64,000 nt of DNA, taken from Eledone cirrhosa. Taxonomy: Eukaryota. Each line of letters starts with the position of its first letter. Within the stretch, counting starts at the first letter, position 1. Below, one piece after another: positions 1-12,869 of the stretch. The position numbers were made by a program, and so were the translations under genes. Location of the stretch: contig OZ024745.1 of assembly GCA_964016885.1 (NCBI GenBank), positions 38,874,001-38,938,000 on the forward strand, written 5' to 3'. A model generated the notes under the pieces. That model was not told the origin of the DNA and made no database searches. It saw only the letters and a list, made by a program, of their open reading frames with translations.

Positions 1-2621
1 TAGGAAACGGATGCATAACATCTGGAACGAGATTGGTCTATTTAAATTAGATGAACAAATATTGGCCGGGCAGGCTCGGGTAATAAGAACTAATGGCTGT
101 ATAAGCGAGCTGGAACTGGAGGAACTGAGCAGAGAGATTAGCTTGGAAATGGAGAGTGGAGTATTCCAGGCAAACGAACCAGTGGGTAATGAAGGTGAAG
201 AGGTTGAGAGAACGGAGGAACCATCCGAAGCAGACAATGTTCTAAATGCTGAAATAAATACTACCTGGAACAGAGATACGGCCATTGAGGAGATGAATGC
301 TGACGGGCTAGTTCAAGATTTAGTTGATATTCTAAACTTAGTGGTAGATGAATTGAACAATGATAGTGGGAAACCTATGAACCTAAGATTTGTAGACAGG
401 AAAAACTTAAAAGAAACAACAGCTAAGGTAAACAAAGTCATCCCCTACCTTAATGCGAGGAGCCTTCACCAGTGCAACAATATCCTCAAAGCAACAGCAA
501 ATGCGGTGAGGAAATTACTTGGCATAAAAGCGAGAGAAACAACAAACAAGAAAGATCAGAACCTTGCTGGAAGTAACGACTGAATGGTCAAATCAGGGAT
601 ATAATAAATGATATCGGAAAGCTTGAGTCCCTACGGAATGGGACACTAAAAAACATACACACTAAAAATAGACTGGAAATGAAGTTCAAAACTAGGACAA
701 ACAGAAAGGATGCCGAAAGAAGTCCCGTGGTACAAAGGACCAGTTACTTATTGATAAGATGGTAATGAGGAATTGCAAGAGGAGTCACTCTAGTCTTGCC
801 ATGGGATGGATAGACTACAAAAAAAGCATTTGACATGGTGCCTCATTCTTGGATCACCAAAAGCCTAGAGATCTTCAAGGTGGAAGATAACATCAGACAG
901 TTGTTGAGCAAAATTATGAAGTCCTGGAAAACAGAGTTAACATCAGCTGGAGAATCCTTGGGAGGCGTGAAGATCAAGAGAGGTATCTTCCAGGGAGATA
1001 GTCTGTCCCCTCTGTTGTTTGTCCTTGCCATGATGCCAATGACCATTATACTGCGAAAAGTGAGAGCAGGATACAAGTTGGGAAAGGGAGAGTTTACCAT
1101 CAACCACCTCCTCTTTATGGACGATCTTAAGCTCTTCGGGAAGAGTGAGAGGGAGTTGGATGTGCATGTTGACACTGTCCGTATTTTCAGCAATGATATA
1201 TGTATGCAATTTGGTATAAGTAAGTGTGGAGTCCTTGTGATGAAGAGGGGTAAATTGATCAAAGCAACCTAATCCAGGTACCAACAGGTGAGATGATAAA
1301 GGAAATTGACACTGAAGAAGGATACAAGTATGTGGGTGTTCTGGAGGCTGATGACATCAAGACCAAAAAAATGAAGGAATTGATAAGATCTGAATAGATT
1401 GTGAGAGTAAGGAGCGTATTAAAGTCACATCTGAACAGTAGGAATGCCATAAGTGCAGTAAATTCCCGAGCTGTGTCTATTATTAGGTACAGTGCGGGAA
1501 TTCTGAAATGGAATGTTGCTGAACAAAAAGAAATGGATAGGAAGACTAGGAAGCTATTGACAACATGTTCGACAACAGGAGTGATGTCGATAGACTCTAC
1601 CTAAGGAGATATGAAGGTGGAAGAGGTCTTATCAGCATAGAGGACTGTGTTCAGATGGGGAAAAATAACCTACACAAATACGTGACTGATAGTAAGGAGC
1701 CAATGATCAGAATTGTACTGAAGGCGAGGACAATAGACCAGAGGTTGTCCAAGGAGGAAATAACAACGAGGAGAAAGAGCAGCCTTCAAGAAAATTCCCT
1801 TCATAGTACCTTCTTTGAGAAAACGGAATTCAGAGAAACACAGACGTGGAACTGATTGAGAAGAGGATACCTTAAAAAGGCTACAGAAGGAATGATAATG
1901 GCTGCGCAAGAGCAAGCCCTCAAAGCGAAGTGGCTGAAACACCATATTTACAAGGAAGAGTCTAGCTCACTGTGCAGGATCTGTGGAGAGAGAGAGGAGA
2001 CTGTGGCTCACATTGTGTCCGAGTGTAAACACCTAGCCCAGACTCACTATAAAGGCTGGAGACATGATGTGATGGGCAGGGTGATCCACTGGCACCTATG
2101 CAAAGTTAACAATTTACCACATTCTGAGAAGTGGTATGAGCATAAGCCAGAGTCGGTGATAGAAAACGATCAGATGAAGGTGCTGTGGGATTTTAGGATA
2201 CAGACGGACAAGAAACTGGAACACAATAGACCTGACCTGGTGGTTTTGGACAAGGAAAAAAGATCGCGCCTGATTGTGGATGTGGCCTGCCCATTCGACA
2301 CGAGAATGCAAGAGAGGGAGAGTGAGAAAATTAACCGATACCAGGACTTAGAGTGGGAGGTAAAAAGGATTTGGAACTGCCATGAAGTCGAAGTGGTCCC
2401 GATTGTCATAGGCGCACTAGGTACTATTTATAAAGTTTCCAGTGATGATTTAGGAAAATTGTCCCCGCCCTGCTTTTTGGAACACTTCAAAAGGCATGTT
2501 TGCTGGGAACAGCAAGAACCCTCCGATAAGTCATGAATATCTGAGGCTGCAGGTAGTGGCGTGATATTCATTTCAACAAACTTTCCAGTTAACTAACATC
2601 AATGACTGAAACTCAAAGAAC
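1..2621 (+). mobile_element. R4/Dong-like RLE non-LTR retrotransposon, family A, copy A1 (decayed; runs off the window start; about 640-nt internal deletion near 697)
   Basis: ORF fragments give RT motifs (GIFQGDSLSPLLF, HLLFMDDLKL), a CCHC knuckle (CRICGEREETVAHIVSEC) and an RLE (RPDLVV...DVACPFD...EKINRY). Colinear with 12956-16180 and ends in (TAA)n. Confidence 0.9.
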
Positions 2622-2637
2622 AATAATAATAATAAAG

Positions 2638-2692
<55 letters not shown>
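2622..2692 (+). repeat. (TAA)n microsatellite: tail/target between A1 and B1
   Basis: Direct reading of the sequence. Confidence 0.95.
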
Positions 2693-2696
<4 letters not shown>

Positions 2697-2709
2697 AAGA
2701 AAACCCCGT

Positions 2710-2798
2710 GACCAAGAAATACCGGGATGGCGGCCGGCGGGGAATAGCCATGTCTCTAGGGGAGAACGACCCCTCTAGTCTTGGTTGACACTCGTTCT
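2710..2798 (+). ncRNA. Candidate HDV-like self-cleaving ribozyme at the 5' end of B1
   Basis: P1 gaccaag/cttggtt with G1-U wobble, P2 agaac(g)/(c)gttct, P3 (g)ac/gt(c) closing loop ccctcta, hairpin in J1/2. P4 is absent or unclear. Confidence 0.4.
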
Positions 2799-2863
2799 AG
2801 AAGTGGTAACACGAAATGATTACCCCTTGGCGGAGAAGGATAAAACGCGACAAAATAAAGTAG

Positions 2864-5800
2864 ATGTCTAATGATGAAATCTCATACCGGATCGGCCGTC
2901 ACCCGGGTAAAAAAGGGCCGCGTCCCTCAGAGAGGAATCAGACTGGGGTCGAAAAATCAGCTAATGGTTCAAACCTTCCCATCACTTCGGAGCTGGAGAC
3001 CTCCCATAACCGGAATACTCCTACTGTTGGCCCTCCATGCTCACCACCAAGAAATCCAAAGAAAAAGAGAGAAAAATGGTCAAGGGAAGATAATAAAGAA
3101 GTCCTTGAGGCTTTCTACACTGCCATGTACTACCCATCAAATACATCGAATACAGAACAAACATATATCAACTGGAAAAAGAAACATCCCGAAAACAGAG
3201 GCTATATTGACAGTAACAAACTAGCCAATATACGAAGAAATATTGTAAGAAAAAAGTTACTAACTGATATAGAAATTGATCAGATCAAGCTAGTAGCACA
3301 AAGTCAGCGAAGGGAAAATGAAGCATGTGTCAGTGAAAACGAGGTAAACTGTAATACTTCGAATCCCAGGGTTGGGGCGGAATCACTGGCAACAGAACAA
3401 ATTAAAGAAAGGAGCGAAAAAGTGGAGGGAGTTCATGCTCAGGATGAAACTCCAAATGAAAATAATGAGATCGTAAATGATAAAGAAATGAATGAGAATG
3501 TACTTGCCAACTTGAAGGATGAAATTATGATCGAATGGATGAAAATAAAAGAATCTGACATGGGGTTACGAGACACCCTCCCTAAGATCCAGAACTCCAA
3601 ATCGAACCAAAAGATAATACACAAGACTAACATAATTCTCAAAAACATTATCATCACAAACAAACTAAACATTACTGACTTAAATCATCTCTATTATGCA
3701 TCGGCTAAAGTCACCACTCACTTATGTGGAGTGAAGATGAAAAAACAAAGGAATTCCCACAAGAAATCTACTTGGCAAGATAACATCAATCGCCAAATAA
3801 ACCTTCTCCGATCTGACATAGAAATTTTAACAAACTATAAAGTAGGTGAACATGTTAAACAAACTAAACTTAGAAAATTGAAAAAAAAGTACAGTATAAG
3901 ATCAACATGTGACATAGACATGCTGATAGAAACAAACAAGCAAAAAGTGTCGGCCAAAGCTGCTCGTATAAGGCGCTTTGAAAAACGATATAGATTCTAT
4001 ACGGACAATAATATGTTCAAAAACAACCAAAGAAACTTCTACAGAAAAATTGGTAAGTCAACAATAACTGCTAAATCAATACCACCCAAGGAGGAAGTGC
4101 AAGAATTCTTGGAAAAGATCTGGGCCGAAGAAAAAGTTCATAACATACATGCCCCATGGATAGACAGACAAATGAAAGAAACAACTCACCTTGAAGAACA
4201 AACATGGGAAAATATAACAGTTGAACAGCTGCGCTTGGCTCTAAGAAAAACCAGCAAATGGAAATCCCCAGGAAAAGACAAAATACAAAACTTTTGGATA
4301 AATGCTCTCACAGAGTCTCATGAACTGTTAGCCCAACTTTACAATGAAATAGTTAAGGAGCCAGAAAAGATACCATCATGGCTAGTTAACGGCATTACAT
4401 TCCTGCTACCGAAGAATGATGAGACAAACAATCCCAAAAATTACAGACCGATAACCTGCTTGACCACAATGTATAAAGTTTTAACATCAGTCCTAACTGA
4501 ATACACATATGACCACCTGATAACAAATGACCTATTTCCCATTGAGCAGAAAGGGTGTAAACGAGGCTCATATGGCTGTAAGGATCAGCTTCTGGTTAAC
4601 AAAATGATACTCGAAGATTGTCATAATAGACACAAAAATCTATCGATTGCTTGGATAGATTATAAAAAAGCATTTGATAGTTTGCCACACAGTTGGATTG
4701 AAAAATGTTTAGAGATTTTCAAAATATCCCCCGTTGTCAGGAGGTTTTTGTCATTCAGTATGAGGACATGGAGAACGACACTCCTTTTGAATAGTGAGAC
4801 AAAATCACTGGAAGCTGGAGAAGTTAACATTAATTGTGGATTTTTTCAGGGTGACTCTTTATCACCGCTTTTATTCTGCATCGCACTTATAGCATTAAGT
4901 AAAATGCTCAATGAAACAAAACATGGATATAGAGTCTATGACAAAACCATTAATCACCTGTTCTACATGGATGACCTGAAACTATTTGCAAAAAATGATG
5001 AACAATTGCAAGGGCTATTATCCACTGTGAAGCAGTTCAGTGATGACATTAAAATGGAGTTTGGACTGGATAAATGCGCCAAAGCAACGTTCACCAGAGG
5101 AAAGCTGCTGAAGAGTTCAGACATTAATCTTGATCGGGGGAACGTGATAAGAGAGCTTGATCAAGAACAAACTTACAAATATCTAGGTGTTTGTGAAGGA
5201 GACGGAATCAAGCACTCGACAATGAGGGAAAGGATAAGGAAGGAATGTTAGCGCAGAGTCAGAGCAATCTTAAGAACGGAATTGAATGCAAGGAATAGGA
5301 TCGATGCCATAAACACGCTTGCCATACCAGTAGTAACCTACAGTTACAATGTCATCAACTGGTCAAGCACAGAGATCCGTAGGCTCGATACAAAAATCCG
5401 AAAATTCTTAACCATGCACAGAATGCATCACCCTAAGGCAGACATAGATATAATATATCTCCCTAGGAAAGAAGGAGGACGAGGGTTAATCCAGTTAGAC
5501 ATTGCGTTGAAAACTGCAACCATTGGATTATCCACATATCTAAGGGAATCACATGATTGGATGATCAAACTCGTTTTGAAACACGAAAGCACCAAAAGAT
5601 CATATTCCATTACAACAGATGCACAAAGATACAGTAATGGACTACAAATTTCAGAAGTCCCATTTACTGCTGAAATGGAATACACAGAAAAAGCAAAGCA
5701 GGTAAAAGTAACTGCAAAGAAAGAACTGCTACAGAAACTGGCTAAGAAATGGCAAGAAAAGCCTCTGTATGGAAAATACCCAGAGCGAGCTAACAATCCT

Positions 5801-6497
5801 GATGTTGACAAAACTTTAACCCATCAGTGGTTGGCATCCTCTGGACTGAAATCGGAGACTGAAGGACTGATTATATCCGCACAAGATCAGTGTCTGCCAA
5901 CCAAAAATTACCAAGCCAACATAATAAAAAATGGGTGCAGCCCATTATGCCGTGTATGCAAAAAACAAACAGAGACCATTGACCATATAATCTCAATGTG
6001 CAGTCCTATAGCTCCAACCGAATACCTAAACAGGCATGACAGAGCTGCACAATACAAACATTGGATAATGTGTAAGCATTTTGACCTGCCCCATCAAAAG
6101 AATTGGTGGGAGCATCAACCACCTCCCATACTTGAAAAAGATCACATCTCAATCTTGTGGAACTTTAGCATCCAAACAGACCGAAAAATAGATAATATTG
6201 AAGGACTTTCAAAGGAGGGTATGCCCGCTAATTGATATGTCTGTTCCAATAGACAAGAATGTATCTATAAAAACATTTGAAAAATTGAGCAAGTATAAGG
6301 ACCTGGAGATAGAAATTGGAAAAATGTGGAAATTGAGAACTAAAACAATACCAGTGGTTGTAGGCGCTCTGGGAATGATACCTAAGGGGTCTAACGACTA
6401 CTTATCGCAAATCCCAGGAAACCCGCGTATAGGAGAAATACAAAAGATAGTACTAATGGGAACTGCCCATATACTAAGGAAGATCCTGTCAATATAA
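2864..6497 (+). pseudogene. B1 ORF (N-terminal domain, RT, zinc knuckle, RLE) broken by TAG at 5249-5251 and a 17-nt deletion near 6190
   Basis: KSPGKD, NYRPITCL, WIDYKKAFDS, FQGDSLSPL, FYMDDLK, CRVC..ETIDHIISMC, EKLSKYKDL. B2 has TAC at the stop and retains ANRPDII where B1 is deleted. Confidence 0.9.
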
Positions 6498-6637
6498 GTA
6501 CATCACAAGTCTAAACACTAAGGATGCATGTGTGAATATGTATGTTCTTTCTTGAACATGGCGGACCTTGTTGTCTCTTGAGGTCACTGGTTGTGACTTG
6601 GTGATAACTCGTATAAACATAAAGCAAGATAAATGCA

Positions 6638-6820
<183 letters not shown>

Positions 6821-7782
6821 ACGCACGAGGTGGTAGAAGGTCATGAAATCGCTCCCGTAAGTTTTTGATTTTTAACATATTTAAATCAATTGTGAAATAA
6901 CAATTCTTAGTACAAATGTTGCATAAACCACCGAGTCAAGTCCCATAAAATTTCGGATCCATATTATATTGTTATATCGCTCAAATATTCAATGTTGTAT
7001 TATATATTTTGTATTCAAAAAAGAAAATGGTTATAAATGGAAAAAAACACCCTCTGTCTACACTATATAGAACAGCTAAATAACAGCAGTTTCACCAACA
7101 CCAGAAACTTGATACAACACCTACCCCATCACACTAAATATAACAGCCAGATAACGGCGATTTCACCACCACCACCACCAATCCCAGCATCATAATAATA
7201 ATTACTATTATTATTGTCTCAAGTTTTAACAAAATGTTTAATTCCAATTTTACGGGAATATGTCAACACAATATATATTAAACATACGCGACACACACTC
7301 ATATATACTACATATCACCAAAATCAATAACGACAACGCCACCGCCGACACCACTCCATCCATCATTGCTACCACTATCCCATCACCGCCGCCACCACTC
7401 CTTCATTGCTACCACCAATATTCCCCATTACCTTCTGTTAACTTAAGAAAGGGGAAGGTGGCGGTATCACTAGACAAGGGAGAGGCTAGCAAATGATATA
7501 AATAGATTGACCTAGTGACCCGGCCACCGGCCAAACCTCAACAACTATGAGACTGCTGGCTCCCCCCTTCCCCACCAACAATATAAAAAGCCCCAGAACC
7601 ACCACCGACATAGCCAACAACAATAACAGGCAACTTCAGCAAAAAGTATATTATATTATTGTAATGCACTGGGTAATTGCTGGCCTTGTGCCTGGAGTGG
7701 AGACAATTATTAATAATGTCATTCTTAAGCCACGCAATGCTCACATTAAGGAACCACTCATGATAATAACAATTTAAAAAAA

Positions 7783-10700
7783 CAACAAAAAAGAAAAAAC
7801 TGTGACCAAGAAATACCGGGATGGCGGCCGGCGGGGAATAGCCGTGTCTCCAGGGGAGAACGACCCCTCTAGTCTTGGTTGACAATCGTTCTAGAAGTGG
7901 TAACATGAAATGATTACCCCTTGGCGGAGAAGGATAAAACGCGACAAAATAAATTTATATGTCTAATGATAAAATCTCATACCGGATCGGCCGTCACCCG
8001 GGTAAAAAAGGGCCGCGTCCCTCAGAGAGGAACCAGACTGGGGTCGAAAAATCAGCTAATGGTTCAAACCTTCCCATCACTTCGGAGCTGGAGACCTCCC
8101 ATAACCGGAATACTCCTACTGTTGGCCCTCCATGCTCACCACCAAGAAATCCAAAGAAAAAGAGAGAAAAATGGTCAAGGGAAGATAATAAAGAAGTCCT
8201 TGAGGTTTTCTACACTGCCCAGTACTACCCATCAAATACATCGAATACAGAACAGACATATATCAACTGGAAAAAGAAACATCCCGAAAACAGAGGCTAT
8301 ATTGACAGCAACAAACTAGCCAATATACGAAGAAATATTGTAAGAAAAAAGTTACTAACTGATATAGAAATTGATCAGATCAAGCTAGTAGCACAAAGTC
8401 AGCGAAGGGAAAATGAAGCATGTGTCAGTGAAAACGAGGTAAACTGTAACACTTCGAATCCCAGGGTTGGGGCGGAATCACTGGCAACAGAACAAATTAA
8501 AGAAAGCATCGAAAAAGTGGAGGGAGTGCATGCTCAAGATGAAACTTGAAATGAAAACAATGAGATCGTAAATGATAAAGAAATGAATGAGAATGAACTT
8601 GCCAACTTGAAGGATGAAATTATGATCGAACGGATGAAAATGAAAGAATCTGACATGGGGGAACGAGACACCCTCCCTAAGATCCAGAACTCCAAACAGA
8701 ACCAACAGATAATACACAAGACTAACATAATTATCAAAAACATTATCATCACAAACAAACTAAACATTACTGATTTAAATCATCTCTATTATGCATCGGC
8801 TAAAGTCACCACTCACTTATGTGGAGTGAAGATGAAAAAACAAAGGAATTCCCACAAGAAATCTACTTGGCAAGAGAACATCAATCGCCAAATAAACCTT
8901 CTCCGATCTGACATAGAAATTTTAACAAACTATAAAGTAGGTGAACATGTTAAACAAACTAAACTTAGAAAATTGAAAAAAAAGTACAGTATAAAATCAA
9001 CAAGTGACATAGACATGCTGATAGAAATAATCAAACAAAAAGTGTCGGCCAAAGCTGCTCGTATAAGGCGCTTTGAAAAACGATCTAGATTCTATAAGGA
9101 AAATAATATGTTCAAAAACAACCAAAGAAGCTTCTACAGAAAAATTGGTAAGTCAACAATAACTGCTAAATCAATACCACCCAAGGAGGAAGTGCAAGAA
9201 TTCTGGGAAAAGATCTGGGCCGAAGAAAAAGTTCATAACATACATGCCCCATGGATAGACAGACAAATGAAAGATACAGCTCACATTGAGGAACAAATAT
9301 GGGAAATATAACAGTTGAACAGTTGCGCTTGGCTCTTACAAAAACCAGCAAGTGAAAATCCCCAGGAAAAGACAAAATACAAAACTTTTGGATAAATGCT
9401 CTCACAGAGTCTCATGAGCTGTTAGCCCAACTTTACAATGAAATAGTTAAGGAGCCAGAAAAGATACCATCATGGCTAGTTAACGGCATTACATTCCTGC
9501 TTCCGAAGAATGATGAGACAAACAATCCCAAAAATTTACAGACCGACAACTTGCTTGACCACAATGTATAACATTTTAACATCAGTCCTAACTGAATATA
9601 GATATGACCACCTGATAACAAATGACCTATTTCCCATTGAGCAGAAAGGGTGTAAACGAGGCTCATATGGCTGTAAGGATCAGCTTCTGGTTAACAAAAT
9701 GATACTGGAAGATTGTCATAATAGACACAAAAATCTATCGATTGCTTGGATAGATTATAAAAAAGCTTTCGATAGTTTGCCACACAGTTGGATTGAAAAA
9801 TGTTTAGAGATTTTCAAAATTACCCCCGTTGTCAGAATGTTTTTGTCATTCAATATGAAGACATGGAAAACGACACTCCTTTTGAATGGTGAGACAAAAT
9901 CACTGGAAGCTGGAGAATTTAATATTAATTGTGGAATTTTTCAGGGTGACTCTTTATCACCGCTTTTATTCTGCATCGCACTTATACCATTAAGTAAAAT
10001 GATCAATGAAACAAAACATGGATATAAAGTCTATGACAAAACCATTAATCACTTGTTCTACATGGATGACCTGAAACTATTTGCAAAAAATGATGAACAA
10101 GTAGCAAGTGCTACTATCCACTGTGGAGCAGTTCAGTGATGACATTAAAATGGATTTTGGACTAGATAAATGCGCCAAAGCAACGTTCACCAGAGGAAAG
10201 CTGCTGAAGACTTCAGACATTAATCTTGATCGGGGGAACGTGATAAGAGAACTTGATCAAGAAAAAACTTACAAATATCTAGGTGTTTCTGAAGGAGACG
10301 GAATCAAGCACTCGACAATGAGGGAAAGGATACGGAAAGAATGTTACCGCAGAGTTAGAGCAATCATAAGAACGGAATTGAATGCAAGGAATAGGATCGA
10401 TGCCATAAACACGCTTGCCATACCAGTAGTAACCTACAGTTACAATGTCATCAACTGGTCAAGCACAGAGATCCGTAGGCTCGATACAAAAATTCGAAGA
10501 CTCTTAACCATGCACAGAATGCATCACCCTAAGGCAGATATAGATAGAATATATCTCCCTAGGAAAGAAGGAGGACGTGGGTATCACATGATTGGATGAT
10601 CAAACTCGTTTTGAAACACGAAAGCATCAAAAGATCATATTCCATTACAAAAGATGCAATTAGATACAGTAATGGACTACAAATTTCAGAAGTCCCATTT

Positions 10701-11690
10701 ATTGCTGAAATGGAAAACACATAAAAAGCAAAGCAGGTAAAAGTAACTGCAAAGAAAGAACTGCTACATAAACTGGCTAAGAAATGGCAAGAAAAGCTTC
10801 TGTATGGAAAATACCCAGAGCGAGCTAACAATCCTGATGTTGACAAAACTTTAACCCATCAGTGGTTGGCATCCTCTGGACTGAAATCGGAGACTGAAGG
10901 ACTGATTATATCAGCACAAGATCAATGTCTGCCCACAAAAAATTACCAAGCCAACATAATAAAAAATGGATGCAGCCCATTATGCCATGTATGCAGAAAA
11001 CAACCAGAGACTATTGACCATATCATTTCAATGTGCAGTCCTATAACTCCAACCGAATACCTAAACAGGCATGACAGAGCTGCACAATACATACATTGGA
11101 TAATGTTTAGCATTTTGACCTGCCCCATCAAAAGAATTGGTGGGAGCATCAACCACCTCCCATACTTGAACAAGATCACATCTCAATCTTGTGGAACTTT
11201 AGCATCCAAACAGACCGAACAATAGATGCAAATAGACCTGATATAATATTGAAGGACTTTAAAAAGAGGGTATGCCTGCTAATTGATATGACTTTTCCAA
11301 TAGACAAGAATGTATCTATAAAAACATTTGAAAAATTGAGCAAGTATAAGGACCTGGAGATAGAAATTGGAAAAATGTGGAAATTGAGAACTAAAGCAAT
11401 ACCAGTGGTTGTAGGCGCTCTGGGAATGATTCCTAAGGGGTCTAATGATTACTTATCGCAAATCTCAGGAAACCCGCGTATAGGAGAAATACAAATGATA
11501 GTACTAATGGGAACTGCCCATATACTAAGGAAGATTCTGTCAATATAAGTACATCACAAGTCTAAACACTAAAGATGCATGTGTGAGTATGTATGTTCTT
11601 TCTTGAACATGGCGGACCTTGTTGTCTCTTGAGGTCACTGGTTGTGACTTGGTGATAACTCGTATGAACATAAAGCAAGATAAATGCAAC
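7783..11690 (+). mobile_element. R4/Dong-like RLE element, family B, copy B2 (full length, several stops and frameshifts, about 70-nt deletion near 10580)
   Basis: Colinear with B1 from 5' UTR to 3' UTR; ORF pieces 7959-11548; ends in (TAA)n. Confidence 0.92.
7804..7892 (+). ncRNA. Candidate HDV-like ribozyme at the 5' end of B2
   Basis: Same pairings as 2710-2798. Confidence 0.4.
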
Positions 11691-12148
11691 TGTAATAATA
11701 ATAATAATAATAATAATGGAAGAAATGGAAGAAATGAAAGAAAACAACAGCCAAATAATTTCCCCACCAACACCACCACATCCACCGCCCCCATCACCAC
11801 TACCACAAAAATGTAGCTACACCATCAATACAGTACTAATATACCATCACCACCGTCACCACTCTGTCATCGCTACCACCAGTATACCCTCACTACCTCC
11901 TGTTATGAGAGGGATGTTAGTAGTGCCACTACACATTACTAGAAGCTAGGAAGTCACCAAAAGATATAAATAGACTGATTTAGTGACCCGGTCAAACAGC
12001 TAACAACAACACTATAATAATTATTGTTGTTTTATCTCTAAACTCTCTCAAAATGTTTAGTTTAAACGGGGTCAAATCTAAACTATAATATAATAATTGT
12101 TTCAATATAAACAACAACAATATAAACAACAACAGCAATAAAATAATT

Positions 12149-12320
12149 GTTTCTACTTTAGGAACAAGTCCAGTGCATTGCTGGTACTTTTATTTTATCG
12201 ACCCCGTAAGGATGAAAGGCAAAGTCAACCTTGGCGGGATTTGAACTCAGATCGTAATGGGACGTAACTATGCTGGAAGTCATGGCGTCCGACCCTCTAC
12301 CGATACTACCAATCGACTAA
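12149..12320 (-). mobile_element. Octopus-type SINE
   Basis: tggtacttt..atcgaccccg.aaggatgaaaggcaaagtcaacct.ggcgggatttgaactcag (B-box-like on the minus strand); recognised from memory; related copies elsewhere in the window. Confidence 0.7.
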
Positions 12321-12869
12321 TAATAACTATAAGCAACAAGTCGACCAATTACAGAACACAGACAAAAACAAATGCATCAAGAAAAATGAAAACAAATTTC
12401 AAATGTCTGGAACGCAACAACCCGTACTTCCCACGTAGCTAAAATCAGAAACAGCCGCAGCAGCAACAACAACACTAGTAATCGATGTTACTGGCCTTGA
12501 AAAACAAAAAGGAAAAAAAAACAAAAAAAAAACAAGTCAGAAATTCAAACATTACAATGAAACTTATGTTTATTTTTTAAAGTTTTTATCTATTTATTTG
12601 TTCGTCTACAGCGCGATGGTGTATCGCGAAAATCAACGGGGGTGATGAAATCACTGGTAGTGATGAAATCACCGGTGGTTATGTAACCATACATTCACCA
12701 ATCCTCGATATGAGTTTTTTAAATGTCGAAACTAAACAGTTCGAATAACTGTGAAGAGGAGAGTGTGACGTCATGTGAAAGACTCTCACCCAGCAAGTGC
12801 TCCCTCGCCCAGCTGCAGCGACCTGGCTGTCATCCAAATACTGGTGGTGTAGGAGGAAGAAGAAGAAGG

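Larger units (their letters stand above)
2693..6637 (+). mobile_element. R4/Dong-like RLE non-LTR retrotransposon, family B, copy B1 (apparently full length)
   Basis: Single long ORF region with RT, CCHC and RLE; GC-rich 5' UTR; (TAA)n on both sides; near-identical second copy at 7783-11690. Confidence 0.92.

Noticed and set aside
5249-5251. Programmed readthrough of the TAG in B1
   Set aside because: The sister copy B2 has TAC (Tyr) here, so it is a point mutation
7538-7906. 122-aa minus-strand ORF
   Set aside because: Antisense to the B2 5' UTR and low-complexity flank; no domain
12740-12860. HDV-like ribozyme at the 5' end of family A
   Set aside because: A ccctcgc loop-like string is present but I could not build consistent P1/P2 pairings
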